Notes: generated by a model from the letters alone, not told the origin. Positions 11,001 through 22,413 are shown, counted from the first letter of the stretch. The stretch is 64,000 nucleotides of DNA from an uncultured Chloroflexia bacterium (GCA_963813335.1 CAWEYL010000001.1:1-64000), one strand, 5' to 3'. Program-made: numbers and translations.

Positions 11001-13771
11001 GACCAGTTCGACCCGGAGACCCAGACGCTCGAATGGGCCTACGACGCCGGCATCCCGGTGGCCCAGCGCGAAGCGGTCAAGCTCGACCTCGCTGCACCTC
11101 GGGGAGGGAGCGGCCGGGAAGGCGGTGGCCGAGCGGCGCGTGATGCGCGTCGGCGACTACCTCGCGGCCGAGGACTTCGTCCACGACGACCTCGCGGATT
11201 CGCTCGCGAGCGGCGCCGGGCTGCGCGACTTCATCGCGGCGCCGATCATCGGCGATGCGGGCCCCTTCGGCGCGATCGAGGTCTTCAGCCGCCAGCCGAA
11301 CGTGTTCGACGACATCGACGAGGCGGTCCTCGGCGGGCTGGCCGACCAGGCCGCCATCGCGATCACCAACGCGCGGCTGATCGAGGAGCTGGAGAAGTCC
11401 CGCAAGGCGGTGGCCCGCCGCGCCGACACGGAGCGGTCGCTGCGCGACATCACCGCGCGCATCGCCGCCCTGCGCGAGCCGGACGTCATCCTGGACCGCG
11501 TCGTCGAGGAGGCGGCCCGCCTGCTGGGGACCGACGGCGCGCACCTGACCCGGATGTCGGACGACGGGACGTACCTCGTCCCGGTGGTGGTCGCCGGCGG
11601 CGCGGACTTCGCCACCCAGGCGTGGCTGCTCGGGATGCGCTTCCCGCTGGGCGGCGGCATCAACGGCCTGGCGGCCCAGTCGCGCGAGCCCGTCTCCACC
11701 TTCGACTACCTCGTCGACCCGCGCATCCCCCACGACCCCGACGACACCGAGGTCGCCGACCGGCTCGCGCTGCGGGGCATGGCGGCCGCACCGCTGCGCG
11801 CCCCGGGCGGCGAGGTGATCGGCACGCTCGCCGTCTCGTCCGCCCAGCCGCGCGCGTTCCAGCCCGAGGAGCTGGACCTGCTCCAGGGCCTCGCCGACCA
11901 GGCGGCCATCGCGATCACCAACTCGAACCTGCTGACCCGCCTGGCCAGCTCGGAGGAGCGCTACCGCTACCTCGTCGAGAACGCCCCGGACCTGGTCTGG
12001 TCGATCGACGGGGAGGGCCGCTTCACGTTCCTCTCCGATGCGGTCGAGCGACTGACCGGGCGCGGCGCCGAGGCGTTCCTCGGCAAGCACTTCGGGGCGC
12101 TGGTCCACGGCACGTCGCGCGACGTCGCCGAGTACGACTTCGCGGCGGGCATGACCAGCGGGGCGCAGGAGCTGCGCGGCCGGGTCAACCTCGAGGGTCC
12201 CGACGGCGAGCCGGTGCCGGCCGAGTTCATCGCCACCGCGCGCCTGGACGAGGACGGCCGGTTCGCCGGCGCCAACGGCTCGGTCCGCGACATGCGCGAG
12301 CGCGACCGCCTCGAGCGCGAGCTGCGCGAATCGGAGGTCCGCTACCGCTTCCTCGTCGAGAACTCGCCGGACGTGGTCTTCGCGACCGATGCCGACGGCC
12401 AGTTCACCTACCTCTCCGAGGCGATCGAGCGGCTCACCGGGTACGCCGCGCCCGAGCTCACCGGGAAGCACTTCTCGGTGATCGTCGACCCGACGACGAT
12501 GGGCGTGGCCGCCGAGCGCTGGGACAAGCTGATCGCCGACCCGACCACCAAGCAGGTGTCCGAGCTGATCCTGCTCGGCAAGGGCGATCGGCAGACGGCC
12601 GTCGAGGTCCACGCCCTCGGCATCGTGGCCGAGGACGGGTCGTTCGCCGGCATCCACGGGTCGACCCGCGACATCTCCGAGCGGGAGCGCCTGCAGCGCG
12701 AGCTGCGCTCGTCCGAGGAGCGCTACCGCTACCTCGTGTCGTCGTCGCCGGACCTCGTGTGGGTGACCGACGCCGCCGGCCAGCTCGTGTTCGTCAGCGA
12801 GGCGGCCGAGGCGATCCTCGGCACGTCGGCGGAGGCCCTGATCGGGCGCCCGTACTGGGACGTCTTCTCGGAGTCGGCACGGCGCGAGGCCGAGGTCCGC
12901 TTCAAGTGGCTCACCCGGCACCCCACCTCGGTCCACCGTTCCCGCCTGCCGTTCCGGCACGCCGACGGCCACGACGTCCTCGTCGAGATCAACGGGATCG
13001 GCATGGTCGAGGACGGCCGCTTCGTCGGGGCGCATGGCGCGGCGCGCGACGTCTCCGAGCGCGACCGGCTCGAGCGCGGGCTCCGCCAGCAGGCCGGCGA
13101 GCTCGCCGCCGGCGAGGAGCGCGCCCATCTCGCCCGCGAGCTGCACGACTCGGTCACCCAGGCGCTCTTCTCGATGACCCTGGTGTCGCGCTCGGTCGAG
13201 ATGCTCCTGGACCGCGATCCCGATGCGGCCCGGACGCAGCTGACCCAGCTCCGCGAGCTCCAGCGCGAGGCGCTCGCCGAGATGCGCGCGCTGATCTTCG
13301 AGCTGCGCCCCGGCAACCTCGAGCAGGACGGCCTGGTCCGCGCGCATCAAGACCCACACGGCGTCGCTGCAGGGCCGGATCGGGCTGCCGGTCGTCGTCG
13401 AGAGCACGCTCGAGGAGCGGCTGCCGCTGCCCGTCGAGGAGACGCTCTACCGGATCGCCCAGGAGGCGCTCCACAACGTGGTCAAGCACGCCGGGGCGCA
13501 CGAGGTCCGCCTCGAGATCCGGCGGACACCGACGGCGGTGCGGCTGCGCGTCAGCGACGACGGCAAGGGCTTCGACCCGGCCCGCGTCCCGGACGGCCAT
13601 CTCGGCCTCGCCGGCATGCAGGCGCGAGCCGCGCGCATCGGCGCGACGTTCAGCTGCCAGAGCGAGATCGGCAAGGGAACGACCATCGAGGTCGTGGTGG
13701 AGGACCCGGCGAACGCGGTCCAGGACGCGCGCCTCGGGGAGATGCCGAGCGGGTCCATCCGCGACCGATGA
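8053..13771 (+). CDS. giant soluble sensor histidine kinase, 7 GAF + 3 PAS + HisKA_3 + HATPase (frameshifts near 8865, 9320, 11085, 13345)
   Basis: Repeated LREIAARI...LADQAAIAITNARLIEEL units; RYRYLVEN.PD PAS starts; EERAHLARELHDSVTQ H-box; DDGKGFD and GHLGLAGM G-boxes. Confidence 0.88.
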
Positions 13772-13857
13772 CGTAGGCGGAGCCCCGTCGTTCGGCCGAG
13801 GCGGACGTCGTCGAGCGTCCGTTCCACGTCCGTGGGCGCGCCCGCGACCATGGGTGG

Positions 13858-14256
13858 ATGCACGACCCAGCGCCCGGGATCGAGGCCCCGCTCCGGGTGC
13901 TCGTCGTGGATGCGGACGACCGTGTCCGCGAGAGCCTGTCCGGCCTCCTGGCGATCGGGCGGCGGCTCACCGTCGTGGGGAGCGCCGGTCAACCGGGTCC
14001 GGCCCTCGATCTCCTCGCGAGCGCGTCGCCGGACGTCGTGATCGTCGACCCGCGCCTGCCGGAGGTCTCCGGCGGGCTGGCGTTCATCGAGCGGGTGCGC
14101 GCCCGGGCCCCCGGCGTGCGCATCGTGGTCATGAGCTGGAGCGACGGCGTCGAGGACCCGGCACTCACGGCCGCCGGCGACGCGTTCGTGCGCAAGACCT
14201 TCCGCCCGAACGACCTGATCGCCGCCATCCTCGTCGCGTCCGGACGGTCCGCGTGA
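13858..14256 (+). CDS. stand-alone response regulator receiver domain
   Basis: RVLVVD...PDVVIVDPRLP...FVRK receiver fold, no output domain. Confidence 0.8.
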   Translation: MHDPAPGIEAPLRVLVVDADDRVRESLSGLLAIGRRLTVVGSAGQPGPALDLLASASPDVVIVDPRLPEVSGGLAFIERVRARAPGVRIVVMSWSDGVEDPALTAAGDAFVRKTFRPNDLIAAILVASGRSA

Positions 14257-14345
14257 CGGGTCGTGGGCGCATCCCGCTTTGATAGACTCGAACTCGCTCG
14301 CCGATCGCGACGCCACGGCATGGTGCCCCATCGCCAGGAGATCAC

Positions 14346-15000
14346 GTGCCCGAGCCTGAGCCCCCCATCCGCGTGCTCATCGTCGACGACCACTCGGTCG
14401 TCCGGACCGGCCTGCGGGTCTTCCTCGACCTGCAGCCCGACATCGAGGTCGTCGGCGAGGCCGCCGACGGGTCCGAGGGCGTCGCCGTCGCGCGCCGCCT
14501 CGAGCCGGACGTCGTCCTGATGGACCTGCTCATGCCGAACATGGACGGCATCACCGCCATCGCCCGGATCAAGGAGGAGCGGCCCGACACCGAGATCGTG
14601 ACCATGACCTCGTTCATCGAGGAGGAGAAGGTCACGGCCGCGCTCGAGGCCGGCGCGTCGGGCTACGTGCTCAAGGACGCGGAGGCCGAGGAAGTCGCCG
14701 CCGCCGATCCGCGCCGCGTTCGCCGGCGAGGTCCACCTCGACCCGGCCGTCGCCCGCCTGCTCGCCCAGCGGATGCGCAACCGCAAGTCGCCCGACGAGG
14801 ACCTCGCCGAGCCGCTCACCGAGCGCGAGAAGGACGTCCTCAAGCTGCTGGGGCAGGGGATGAGCAACAAGGAGATCGGGTCGACGCTGTTCATCACCGA
14901 GCGGACGGCGCGGACCTACGTCTCGAACATCCTGGGCAAGCTCGGGCTCGCGTCGCGGACGCAGGCGGCGCTGTACGCGGTGGAGCACAAGCTCATCTAG
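14346..15000 (+). CDS. NarL/LuxR family response regulator (frameshift near 14705)
   Basis: IRVLIVDDH, DVVLMDLLMP; LTEREKDVL...MSNKEIG HTH in the next frame. Confidence 0.9.
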
Positions 15001-15055
15001 CGCCCGCCGAACGCGACGTGTGTCCGCGCCGGTACGCGGTCGCCAGGTCGAGGGC

Positions 15056-16279
15056 TCAGTCGACCGCCAGGATCTGGTAGCGGACGCCGCCGCCAGGGGT
15101 CAGGACCGTGACCGCGTCCCCGACCTTCCGCCCGAGGAGGGCCGCCCCCACGGGTGACTCCCTGGAGATTCGACCGGCCTTGCCGTCGGCCTCGGCGCCA
15201 CCCACCACCTGTAGGTGGACCTCGTCCCCGTCGACTTCCACGCGGACGCGCGAGCCGATCTCGACCCGCGCGCCCCGCTCCGTCGGCTCGACCACCACCG
15301 CGACGCGCAGCTTCGCCTCGAGGGCGCGGATCCGGCCCTCCAGGAAGCCCTGCTCCTCGCGGGCAGCGTGGTACTCGGCGTTCTCCTTGAGGTCGCCGTG
15401 CTCGCGGGCCGTGGCGATCCGGGCGACGACCTCGGGTCGCCGTGCCTGCAGCTCGCCCAGCTCGACCTGGAGCCGGGCCAGGCCCTCTGGCGAGACCTGC
15501 GCCGAGTCGTCGGCGGCCTTTCGCGACGACCCCTGAGCGGCGTAGGCCGCAGCCGACGCGACCCGACCCGTCCCGCGGCCCGGCGCCGGCCGCCGTCCGC
15601 GGCGAGCCTCGTCGTGCGCCCCGTCCGCATCCGCGTCGGGCAGCTCCACGATCCGCGTGGGCCCCGGTGGCCTGGGCGGCTCGACCGGCTCGGGCAGGAG
15701 CGTCCCGGTCAGGCCGGTCGACTTGCGCTCACCGGTCGACTGGCGCAGGTTCGCGAACGGCAGGACGACGTCGCGATCGGGCAGCGCCGCACGCTCGGCA
15801 TCCGGGACCGCGGCCGCGAACTCGGCGAGGAGGGCATCCTCGTACTCCTCGACGGCGGACGTCGCCGCCCACCAGACCCGCGCGCCGGCGGGCATCGCGA
15901 GGGCATGGAGCCAGTGCCCGCCGGAGTAGGGGCGGCGGTCGCCGAGGACCGTGGCCCCGATCGCTGCCACCCGCCGGCTGACCGACGTCTCGGACGCCCC
16001 GATGTAGATCACCGGCTGGGACGGGAGCCAGAAGGCCGCCAGCCGGGCGGCCACGACCTTCGAGGTCGGCCGCTCGCCGTCGAGGCGGAAGTCGGGCACC
16101 CGCTCGACCCATTTCCCGATGCGGGTGAGCTCGAGCGGCGCCGTCGGACGCGGCGCGGCCAGCTCGATGATGAACACGCCCGCGCCGGTGGGCGGGAGCG
16201 GTCGACCCCAGACGACGGGGCCGTCGGGGAGCAGGCCGACGGCGCGCAGCAGATCGGCGGCGGATGGGTTCGGGGTCAT
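15056..16279 (-). CDS. greA: transcription elongation factor GreA with an N-terminal GIY-YIG-like domain
   Basis: C-terminal [20 protein letters not shown]...[13 protein letters not shown]; N-terminal GVFII/VIYIG/RR/E/LPFAN motifs. Confidence 0.88.
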   Translation of the reverse strand: MTPNPSAADLLRAVGLLPDGPVVWGRPLPPTGAGVFIIELAAPRPTAPLELTRIGKWVERVPDFRLDGERPTSKVVAARLAAFWLPSQPVIYIGASETSVSRRVAAIGATVLGDRRPYSGGHWLHALAMPAGARVWWAATSAVEEYEDALLAEFAAAVPDAERAALPDRDVVLPFANLRQSTGERKSTGLTGTLLPEPVEPPRPPGPTRIVELPDADADGAHDEARRGRRPAPGRGTGRVASAAAYAAQGSSRKAADDSAQVSPEGLARLQVELGELQARRPEVVARIATAREHGDLKENAEYHAAREEQGFLEGRIRALEAKLRVAVVVEPTERGARVEIGSRVRVEVDGDEVHLQVVGGAEADGKAGRISRESPVGAALLGRKVGDAVTVLTPGGGVRYQILAVD

Positions 16280-16324
16280 CGCCCGATGGTACCCGCGGCG
16301 GGCTCGGGGTATCGTGCGTCGCAC

Positions 16325-17611
16325 ATGGACCGTCGCCTGACGACCGCCGCCCTGGTCATCGGGCTCGCGGCTGCCGCCTCACCCCTCTCGATCGCGCCGG
16401 TCGAGGCCGCCGTCATCCCGTGGTCCTCGGCGGGCGCCGCGGACCTGGCCCCGCCGCCACGGCCCCGGCCACGTCCCCCACGGCCACGCCAGCGCTGCAG
16501 GCCGCGCTCCAGGCCCGGCTCGACAAGCTCCGGGCCAAGTTCGCGATGCCCGGCGTCTCGGCCGCCATCCTCTTCGCCGACGGGACGATCTGGCGCGGGT
16601 CCAGCGGCCTCGCCGACGTGGCGACCCACTCGCCGGTCACGCCGGAGACGCCGTTCGCGGTGGCCAGCGTGAGCAAGACCTTCACCTCGGCGCTCATCCT
16701 GGCCCTGTCCGACGAGGGCAAGCTCTCACTCGGGACCTCGGTCGCGAGCGTGCTCCCGAAGCTCAGCCTCGACCCGAAGATCACGGTCCGCCAGCTGCTT
16801 GATCACACGAGCGGCCTGCGCGACTTCTTCCTCGATGCCCGGATCGACAAGGCCCTCCAGGGCGCACGGGGCCGCACGTGGACGGCGGCGCGGTCGCTCA
16901 AGTACGTGGGGCCGCCGCTATCGAAGCCCGGCCGCACCTTCCACTACTCGAACACGAACTACCTGCTCCTGGGGCTCGTCGCGGAGGCGGTCGACGGCCG
17001 GCCGCTGGCGGTCCAGCTGCGCGAGCGGTTCTTCGGTCCGCTCGGGCTGACCCACACCTACGAGCAGATCCGGGAGGAGCCCGCCGGCGCCGTCGCGCAC
17101 GGCTACCGCTTCGCCACGGCCGGCACCGCCGCGAAGCCCATCGACCTGTCCGACGGGTCGACCATGATGCCGTTCACCTCGGTGATCACCGCGGCTGGCG
17201 CCGCCGGCTCGGTCGCGTCGACGCCCGAGGACCTGGCACGGTGGGCGAAGGCGCTCTACGGCGGCAGCGTGCTGCGCCCGATGACCCGGGTCGCGATGCT
17301 CGTCGACGTGGCCGCGACCGGCGCACGCAAGGCGACCCTTCCGTACGGCCTGGGCATCCAGTCGGTCGACATCGCGGGACGGCGGGCGCTCGGTCACACG
17401 GGCCGCCTGCTCGGGTTCCGCTCGGTCGTCCGCTGGCTCCCGTCGGAGGGCATCGCGATCGCCGTGCTCACGAACCAGAGCCGGACCGACCCCGGACCGG
17501 TCGCGCAGTCGCTGTTGCGCGTGGTGCTGGCGCCGCCGGCCGCCGCGCCGCCGGCGCCCGGGGCGCGGCCCCAGCCCGGCCCCCAGCCCGAGCGCCTCGC
17601 CCCCGTCCTGA
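16325..17611 (+). CDS. secreted serine hydrolase, beta-lactamase/D-Ala-D-Ala peptidase family (frameshifts near 16460 and 17560)
   Basis: Signal peptide from ATG16325; SVSK, YSN, HTG motifs; Pro/Ser tail ends at TGA17611 in another frame. Confidence 0.82.
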
Positions 17612-17727
17612 GCGTCGCTCGCCACGGAGTCGCGCCCGTACGACCGGATACCGCTCGTGGGTACCACCGGATGCTTCGCACGCAGGCGCGCGAGCCGCAG
17701 GCTGGCCGCACGCTTCGCGAGGACTCG

Positions 17728-18339
17728 ATGCCGATACGAGTCGACGCCTATACCGCTGGGGGGATCGTCAGCGGGACGGTCGAGGGTGCCGAGCATCTGC
17801 GCACCCAGATCGAGCACGCCCCCGAGCTGACCGTGATCGAGGCGTCCTGGGCATCGCTCGGCGGCGCGGACCCGCGCTCGGGTGGCGTTGCCACGATCCC
17901 CATCGACGACCTGCTGATCGCCGTCGCGGACGAGGATCCGTCCACGGCGGTCCACGCATCCTTCCACCCGATCAGCCTCGAGGTCGGCCCGTACCTGATC
18001 GCCGGGGAGCTGCCGACCCTGCCCGGCTTCGACCCGGGCCGCGCCCTGACCCGGCCGAGCGGCGAGTTCGTGCTGCTGCGCGATGTCCGGCTCGACCTGG
18101 CCGACGGGTCCAACGAGGTGCCGGTCATCTGTCCGTACGCGTTCGTGAACCGCTACGGCGTCGAGCGCGTGACCGCGGACCTGATGCTCGGGTTCTTCTT
18201 CCCCGGGGCCGTCATGGACGGGCTCCCGGAGGCGGAGCCGTCGACGGTTCCCGGTGGGCCGGTCGTGATCGTGCCCACGCCGGATGCCGCCGCGCCAGAG
18301 GCGCCAGGAGCCGCCGAGGCCGAGACCGCCACGGCCTGA
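17728..18339 (+). CDS. conserved hypothetical protein
   Basis: GAGGA RBS before ATG17728; globular composition, separate from the upstream hydrolase. Confidence 0.7.
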   Translation: MPIRVDAYTAGGIVSGTVEGAEHLRTQIEHAPELTVIEASWASLGGADPRSGGVATIPIDDLLIAVADEDPSTAVHASFHPISLEVGPYLIAGELPTLPGFDPGRALTRPSGEFVLLRDVRLDLADGSNEVPVICPYAFVNRYGVERVTADLMLGFFFPGAVMDGLPEAEPSTVPGGPVVIVPTPDAAAPEAPGAAEAETATA

Positions 18340-18342
18340 TCC

Positions 18343-19611
18343 TCAGCGGCGCCGGCCGCTCTCGACGCTCCCCGGGCGGTGGACCGGCTTCCGATGCGCG
18401 TGATGCTCGCCGCTCGTGCGCGCGTGGCCACCGGCCCGCATCGACAGCGGCCGAGACTCCGCGCTCCGGTCCGGGACGAAGCCCTCCTCGACGGTCCACG
18501 GGATCGCCTTCTTGAGCAGGCGCTGGACGCCGCGCAGCAGGTCGACCTCGTCCATGCACACGAGCGAGATGGCCTCGCCGGTCGCCCCGGCCCTGCCGGT
18601 GCGGCCGATGCGGTGGATGTAGTCCTGGGGGTTCCACGGCAGCTCGAAGTTCACGACGACCGGCAGGTCCTCGATGTCGAGGCCGCGCGCCGCGACGTCC
18701 GTGGCGACGAGGACGCGGATCTCGCCGTTCTTGAAGCCTTCGAGCGCCTTCGTGCGCTCCGGCTGCGAGCGGTCAGAGTGGATGGCGACCGCGTCGATGC
18801 CCTCGCGGTCGAGCCGCGTCGCCAGCCGGCTCGCGGCGAGCTTGGTCCGGGTGAAGACGAGCACCTGGTGCAGGTCGTAGGTACGGATGAGGTGGGCGAG
18901 CAGCGCCTCCTTGCGGTCGCGGTCGACCGGGTAGACCAGCTGCTTGACGTCCTCCGCTACCTGGTTCCGCGCCGCGACCTCGACCATGGCCGGGTCGCGC
19001 AGGATCGTGCCCGACAGGCGCCGGATGTCGTCGGAGAAGGTCGCTGAGAACATCAGGTTCTGACGTTTCGCCGGCAGCAGCGCGATGATCCGCTGGATGT
19101 CCGGCAGGAAGCCCATGTCGAGCATCCGGTCCGCCTCGTCGAGCACCAGGATCTCGACCTGGCCGAGGTTGGCGACCTTCTGGCCGACGAGGTCGAGGAG
19201 CCGGCCCGGCGTCGCGACGAGGATCTCGACGCCGGCGCGGAGCGCCTTGATCTGGGGGTCCATCGGGATCCCGCCGTAGACCACGGTGGAGCGGAGCGGC
19301 ACCGTCCGGCCGTACGTCGCGACGCTCGCATCGACCTGCATGGCGAGCTCGCGGGTCGGGACGAGGATCAGGACGCGCACCGGGTGGCGCGCCGGCGAGA
19401 AGCTGGTGTTGGCGTGGGCGCGCAGCCGGTCGAGGATCGGGAGGACGAAGGCGGCCGTCTTGCCGGTGCCGGTCTGGGCGGCGGCGAGGACGTCGCGGCC
19501 CTCCAGGACGAGCGGGATGGCCGCCGTCTGGACCGGGGTGGGGGTCGTATAGCCTTCCTCAGCGACGGTGCGGAGGAGATCGGCCGAGAGGCCGAGCGAG
19601 TCGAACGTCAA
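18343..19611 (-). CDS. rhlE: DEAD-box RNA helicase (RhlE-like)
   Basis: Q motif, [29 protein letters not shown]; TTG start with GGAG RBS. Confidence 0.93.
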   Translation of the reverse strand: MTFDSLGLSADLLRTVAEEGYTTPTPVQTAAIPLVLEGRDVLAAAQTGTGKTAAFVLPILDRLRAHANTSFSPARHPVRVLILVPTRELAMQVDASVATYGRTVPLRSTVVYGGIPMDPQIKALRAGVEILVATPGRLLDLVGQKVANLGQVEILVLDEADRMLDMGFLPDIQRIIALLPAKRQNLMFSATFSDDIRRLSGTILRDPAMVEVAARNQVAEDVKQLVYPVDRDRKEALLAHLIRTYDLHQVLVFTRTKLAASRLATRLDREGIDAVAIHSDRSQPERTKALEGFKNGEIRVLVATDVAARGLDIEDLPVVVNFELPWNPQDYIHRIGRTGRAGATGEAISLVCMDEVDLLRGVQRLLKKAIPWTVEEGFVPDRSAESRPLSMRAGGHARTSGEHHAHRKPVHRPGSVESGRRR

Positions 19612-20086
19612 ATGGGCTCCTGCCTGGAGATCCCGTCGCGATCCTGGGGCTGGGTCATCGCGACGGCAAGGTCCCGATCGCCGGCGCGAGTCTGAGCGCC
19701 GGTCGAGGGCCGCCCGGAGCATACCGGAAATCGGTGGTGCACCCGTGCGCCCGCCCGTTCGTCGCCGTCCCGTCCAGTGGATGGTCGGGGTGGCCAGCCC
19801 GGTGGTGCGCTGCCATACTGGCCGCCGACCCCCAAGAAGGCCGACCCGACAGACAGGCACCAACCGAAGACGCCGCCCCCACGGCAGGACTCCTGTCATC
19901 TCGTCGGGTCATCGCACTCGACGGCTCCCCGGACCGGCTCACTCGGTCCTTCGCCCGGAACGGCCGCTCACCGGACCGCGCCGCGCGACCCGTCCCACGT
20001 GCGACCTCGCTCCCTGCCGCCGGCGGCACCACCGACCGTCATCGCGCTCCTCCGCGCGATGTTCCGGCAGAGAGGAGGCAAGAGTC

Positions 20087-20935
20087 TTGCCGTTCCCGAC
20101 AAGCGGCGCCCAGCGGGCGTCAGCCACATCCAGGCTCCGCCTGATCGTCCTCCCGCTCCTGGCCATGGTCCTGGCCTTCGGGGCCAGCGCGGGCGCTGCC
20201 CAGCCCACCTCGGCCGCGGCCGGCGTCAAGGTCGTGATCGTCGTCGGCCCCGTCGAGAGCCAGACCGCCAAGTACATCAGCGACGCCCGGAGCTACGCCG
20301 CGGTGGCCCGCTCGCTGGGCGCCACCGTCGTCGAGGTCTACAGCCCCAACGCCAACTGGACGCGGGTCCGGGCGGCCGCCGCGGGCGCGAACGTCTTCAT
20401 CTACCTCGGCCACGGCAACGGCCATCCCAGCCCGTACGGCGCGTTCCGCCCGACCACCAAGGACGGGCTCGGCCTCAACAGCGCGCTCGACCACGGCAAC
20501 TACAACCTGCGCTACTACGGCGAGAGCTACGTCAAGACCGGCCTCAAGTTCGCGCCAGGTGCCGTGGTGATCCTGAACCACCTGTGCTACGCGTCCGGCA
20601 ACTCCGAGCCGGGCCGGGCCAACCCGACGAAGTCGGTCGCGATGCAGCGGGTCGACAACTTCGGTGCCGGGTTCATCCGGGCCGGGGCGCGGGCCGTCTT
20701 CGCCAGCGGCAAGAACAGCGTGGCCTACATCATCACGTCGCTGCTCAACTCGAACCAGACGATCTCGCACATCTTCGCCTCGGATCCCGCCTTCTCGGGG
20801 CGGGCCGACTTCTCGTTCGCGTCGAAGCGGACGAGCGGCTATCGCGCCTGGCTCGACCCGTACGCAAGCGGCAAGTACTACCACTCGGTCATCGGCAAGC
20901 TGACCATGCGGGCCTCGACGGTCCGGGCCGGCTGA
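20087..20935 (+). CDS. secreted protein with a caspase/gingipain-like (clan CD) His-Gly...Cys pattern
   Basis: GGAGG RBS + TTG; signal peptide; FIYLGHG and VILNHLCY motifs. Confidence 0.75.
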   Translation: MPFPTSGAQRASATSRLRLIVLPLLAMVLAFGASAGAAQPTSAAAGVKVVIVVGPVESQTAKYISDARSYAAVARSLGATVVEVYSPNANWTRVRAAAAGANVFIYLGHGNGHPSPYGAFRPTTKDGLGLNSALDHGNYNLRYYGESYVKTGLKFAPGAVVILNHLCYASGNSEPGRANPTKSVAMQRVDNFGAGFIRAGARAVFASGKNSVAYIITSLLNSNQTISHIFASDPAFSGRADFSFASKRTSGYRAWLDPYASGKYYHSVIGKLTMRASTVRAG

Positions 20936-21035
20936 CCCCGGGACACGCGGAGGCCCCGGTCCGGACCGACGTCCGGCCGGGGCCGAGGTCTCGTGGATCT
21001 GGGCCGCCCGGGTCTCGCCCGGGCGGGGCGGCTCG

Positions 21036-21155
21036 CTACGCGGCGGCCGCGTGGGCGATGACGCCGAGCATGGCGAGGATCGCCATGAGGACGACCAGCG
21101 CGCTCGAGAGGCGGCCGGTGTCGTTCGGCCAGAGCATCTGCTGCTGTGCGGACAT
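21036..21155 (-). CDS. small single-TM protein (39 aa)
   Basis: AAGGAG RBS; MSAQQQMLWPNDTGRLSSALVVLMAILAMLGVIAHAAAA. Confidence 0.55.
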   Translation of the reverse strand: MSAQQQMLWPNDTGRLSSALVVLMAILAMLGVIAHAAAA

Positions 21156-21318
21156 ATCGGTCGACTCCTTTCCGTCGCTGGCGGCCGTGGTGACCACCTC
21201 GCAGGCATGAGTGTCGCCTCGATCGCGCGATGCGCCAGCGGACGAACGCCCGCTTCGCGGGCGCGACGAAGGGACCCGACCGGCATGGACGATCGACGAC
21301 CTCGCTACCATGCCCGCC

Positions 21319-21900
21319 ATGACCGACACGACCGATCGACTGCCGTTCACCGGCGACGACGCCGCTGACCGCCTGCTCGTCGCCGAGCCGCTGGCCCTGC
21401 TCATCGGCTTCGAGCTCGACCAGCAGGTGACGGTGCAGAAGGCGTTCAGCGGCCCGGCCGTGCTCAAGGGCCGGCTCAGCTCGCTCGACGCGGCGACGAT
21501 CGCGGCGATGGACCCCGCGGCCCTCGACGCGGTGTTCCGCACGCCGCCGGCGCTGCACCGCTTCCCGGGCGCGATGGCGGCCCGGGTCCAGGAGCTGTGC
21601 CGGGCGATCGCCGACGACTACGGCAACGACGCCAGCCGAGTGTGGAGCGAGGCGGCCAGCGGCAAGGACCTCGAGGCGCGCCTGCTCGGCCTGCCCGGCA
21701 TCGGCTCGATGAAGGCGAAGACCCTGGTGGCGATCCTCACCAAGCGGTTCGGCGTCCGGCCGCCCGGCTGGGAGGCGGTCGTCCCGACGCATCCGACGCT
21801 CGCCGACGTCGACGGGCCGGAGTCGCTCGCGGCCTACCAGGCGGGCAAGCGCGCGAAGAAGGCCGAGCTCAAGGCCCAGGCGGCCGCGAAGAAGGGCTAG
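21319..21900 (+). CDS. HhH-GPD-type base excision repair family protein
   Basis: LPFTGDDAAD, LDQQVTVQKAF, LHRFPGAMA, LPGIGSMKA helix-hairpin-helix. Confidence 0.88.
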   Translation: MTDTTDRLPFTGDDAADRLLVAEPLALLIGFELDQQVTVQKAFSGPAVLKGRLSSLDAATIAAMDPAALDAVFRTPPALHRFPGAMAARVQELCRAIADDYGNDASRVWSEAASGKDLEARLLGLPGIGSMKAKTLVAILTKRFGVRPPGWEAVVPTHPTLADVDGPESLAAYQAGKRAKKAELKAQAAAKKG

Positions 21901-22004
21901 CCCGACGCCGCGGTCGCGGCGCGCCGCATCGCGGGCTCCCGGGTGTGCTATCGTTGCGTACGCAACGACATCGAACCCCCGCGCATCCGGAGCCACAGCA
22001 CCCC

Positions 22005-22403
22005 ATGGACGACCGAACCCGCCGCGCCCTCAGTCGCGGTCACACCATCGACATCACCACCACCGGGCGGCGGACCGGTCTGCCGCGCCGCGTGGAGATC
22101 GTGTTCCACAACATCGACGGCCGGCTCTACATCACCGGCATGCCGCGCTCGGACCGCCAGCGCGCCTGGCTCCTCAACCTGGTGGCGGACCCGCGGATGA
22201 CGTTCCACCTCAAGGGCGCCGTCAGCGCGGACCTGCCCGCGACCGCCCGGGTCATCACCGATCCGGGCGAGCGGCGCGCCCTGGCGGACTGGGTCGCGGC
22301 CAACGCCTGGAAGAACCAGGACCCCGAGGTGATGGCCGCCTGGTCCCCGATGATCGAGGTCACGATCGACGAGCGGGCGGCCGAGTCCCACCCGGCCGCC
22401 TGA
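22005..22403 (+). CDS. deazaflavin (F420)-dependent nitroreductase family protein
   Basis: ITTTGRRTGLPR and WLLNLVADP motifs. Confidence 0.82.
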   Translation: MDDRTRRALSRGHTIDITTTGRRTGLPRRVEIVFHNIDGRLYITGMPRSDRQRAWLLNLVADPRMTFHLKGAVSADLPATARVITDPGERRALADWVAANAWKNQDPEVMAAWSPMIEVTIDERAAESHPAA

Positions 22404-22413
22404 CCGGCCCAGG

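Noticed and set aside
9105-14282. 1725-aa ORF as a single protein
   Set aside because: Only ~9320-11085 is the real kinase frame; the rest is Arg/Gly/Pro-rich shadow translation.
16264-18339. Beta-lactamase fused to a hypothetical domain
   Set aside because: An indel near 17560 bypasses the natural stop (TGA17611), and the downstream gene has its own RBS and ATG at 17728.
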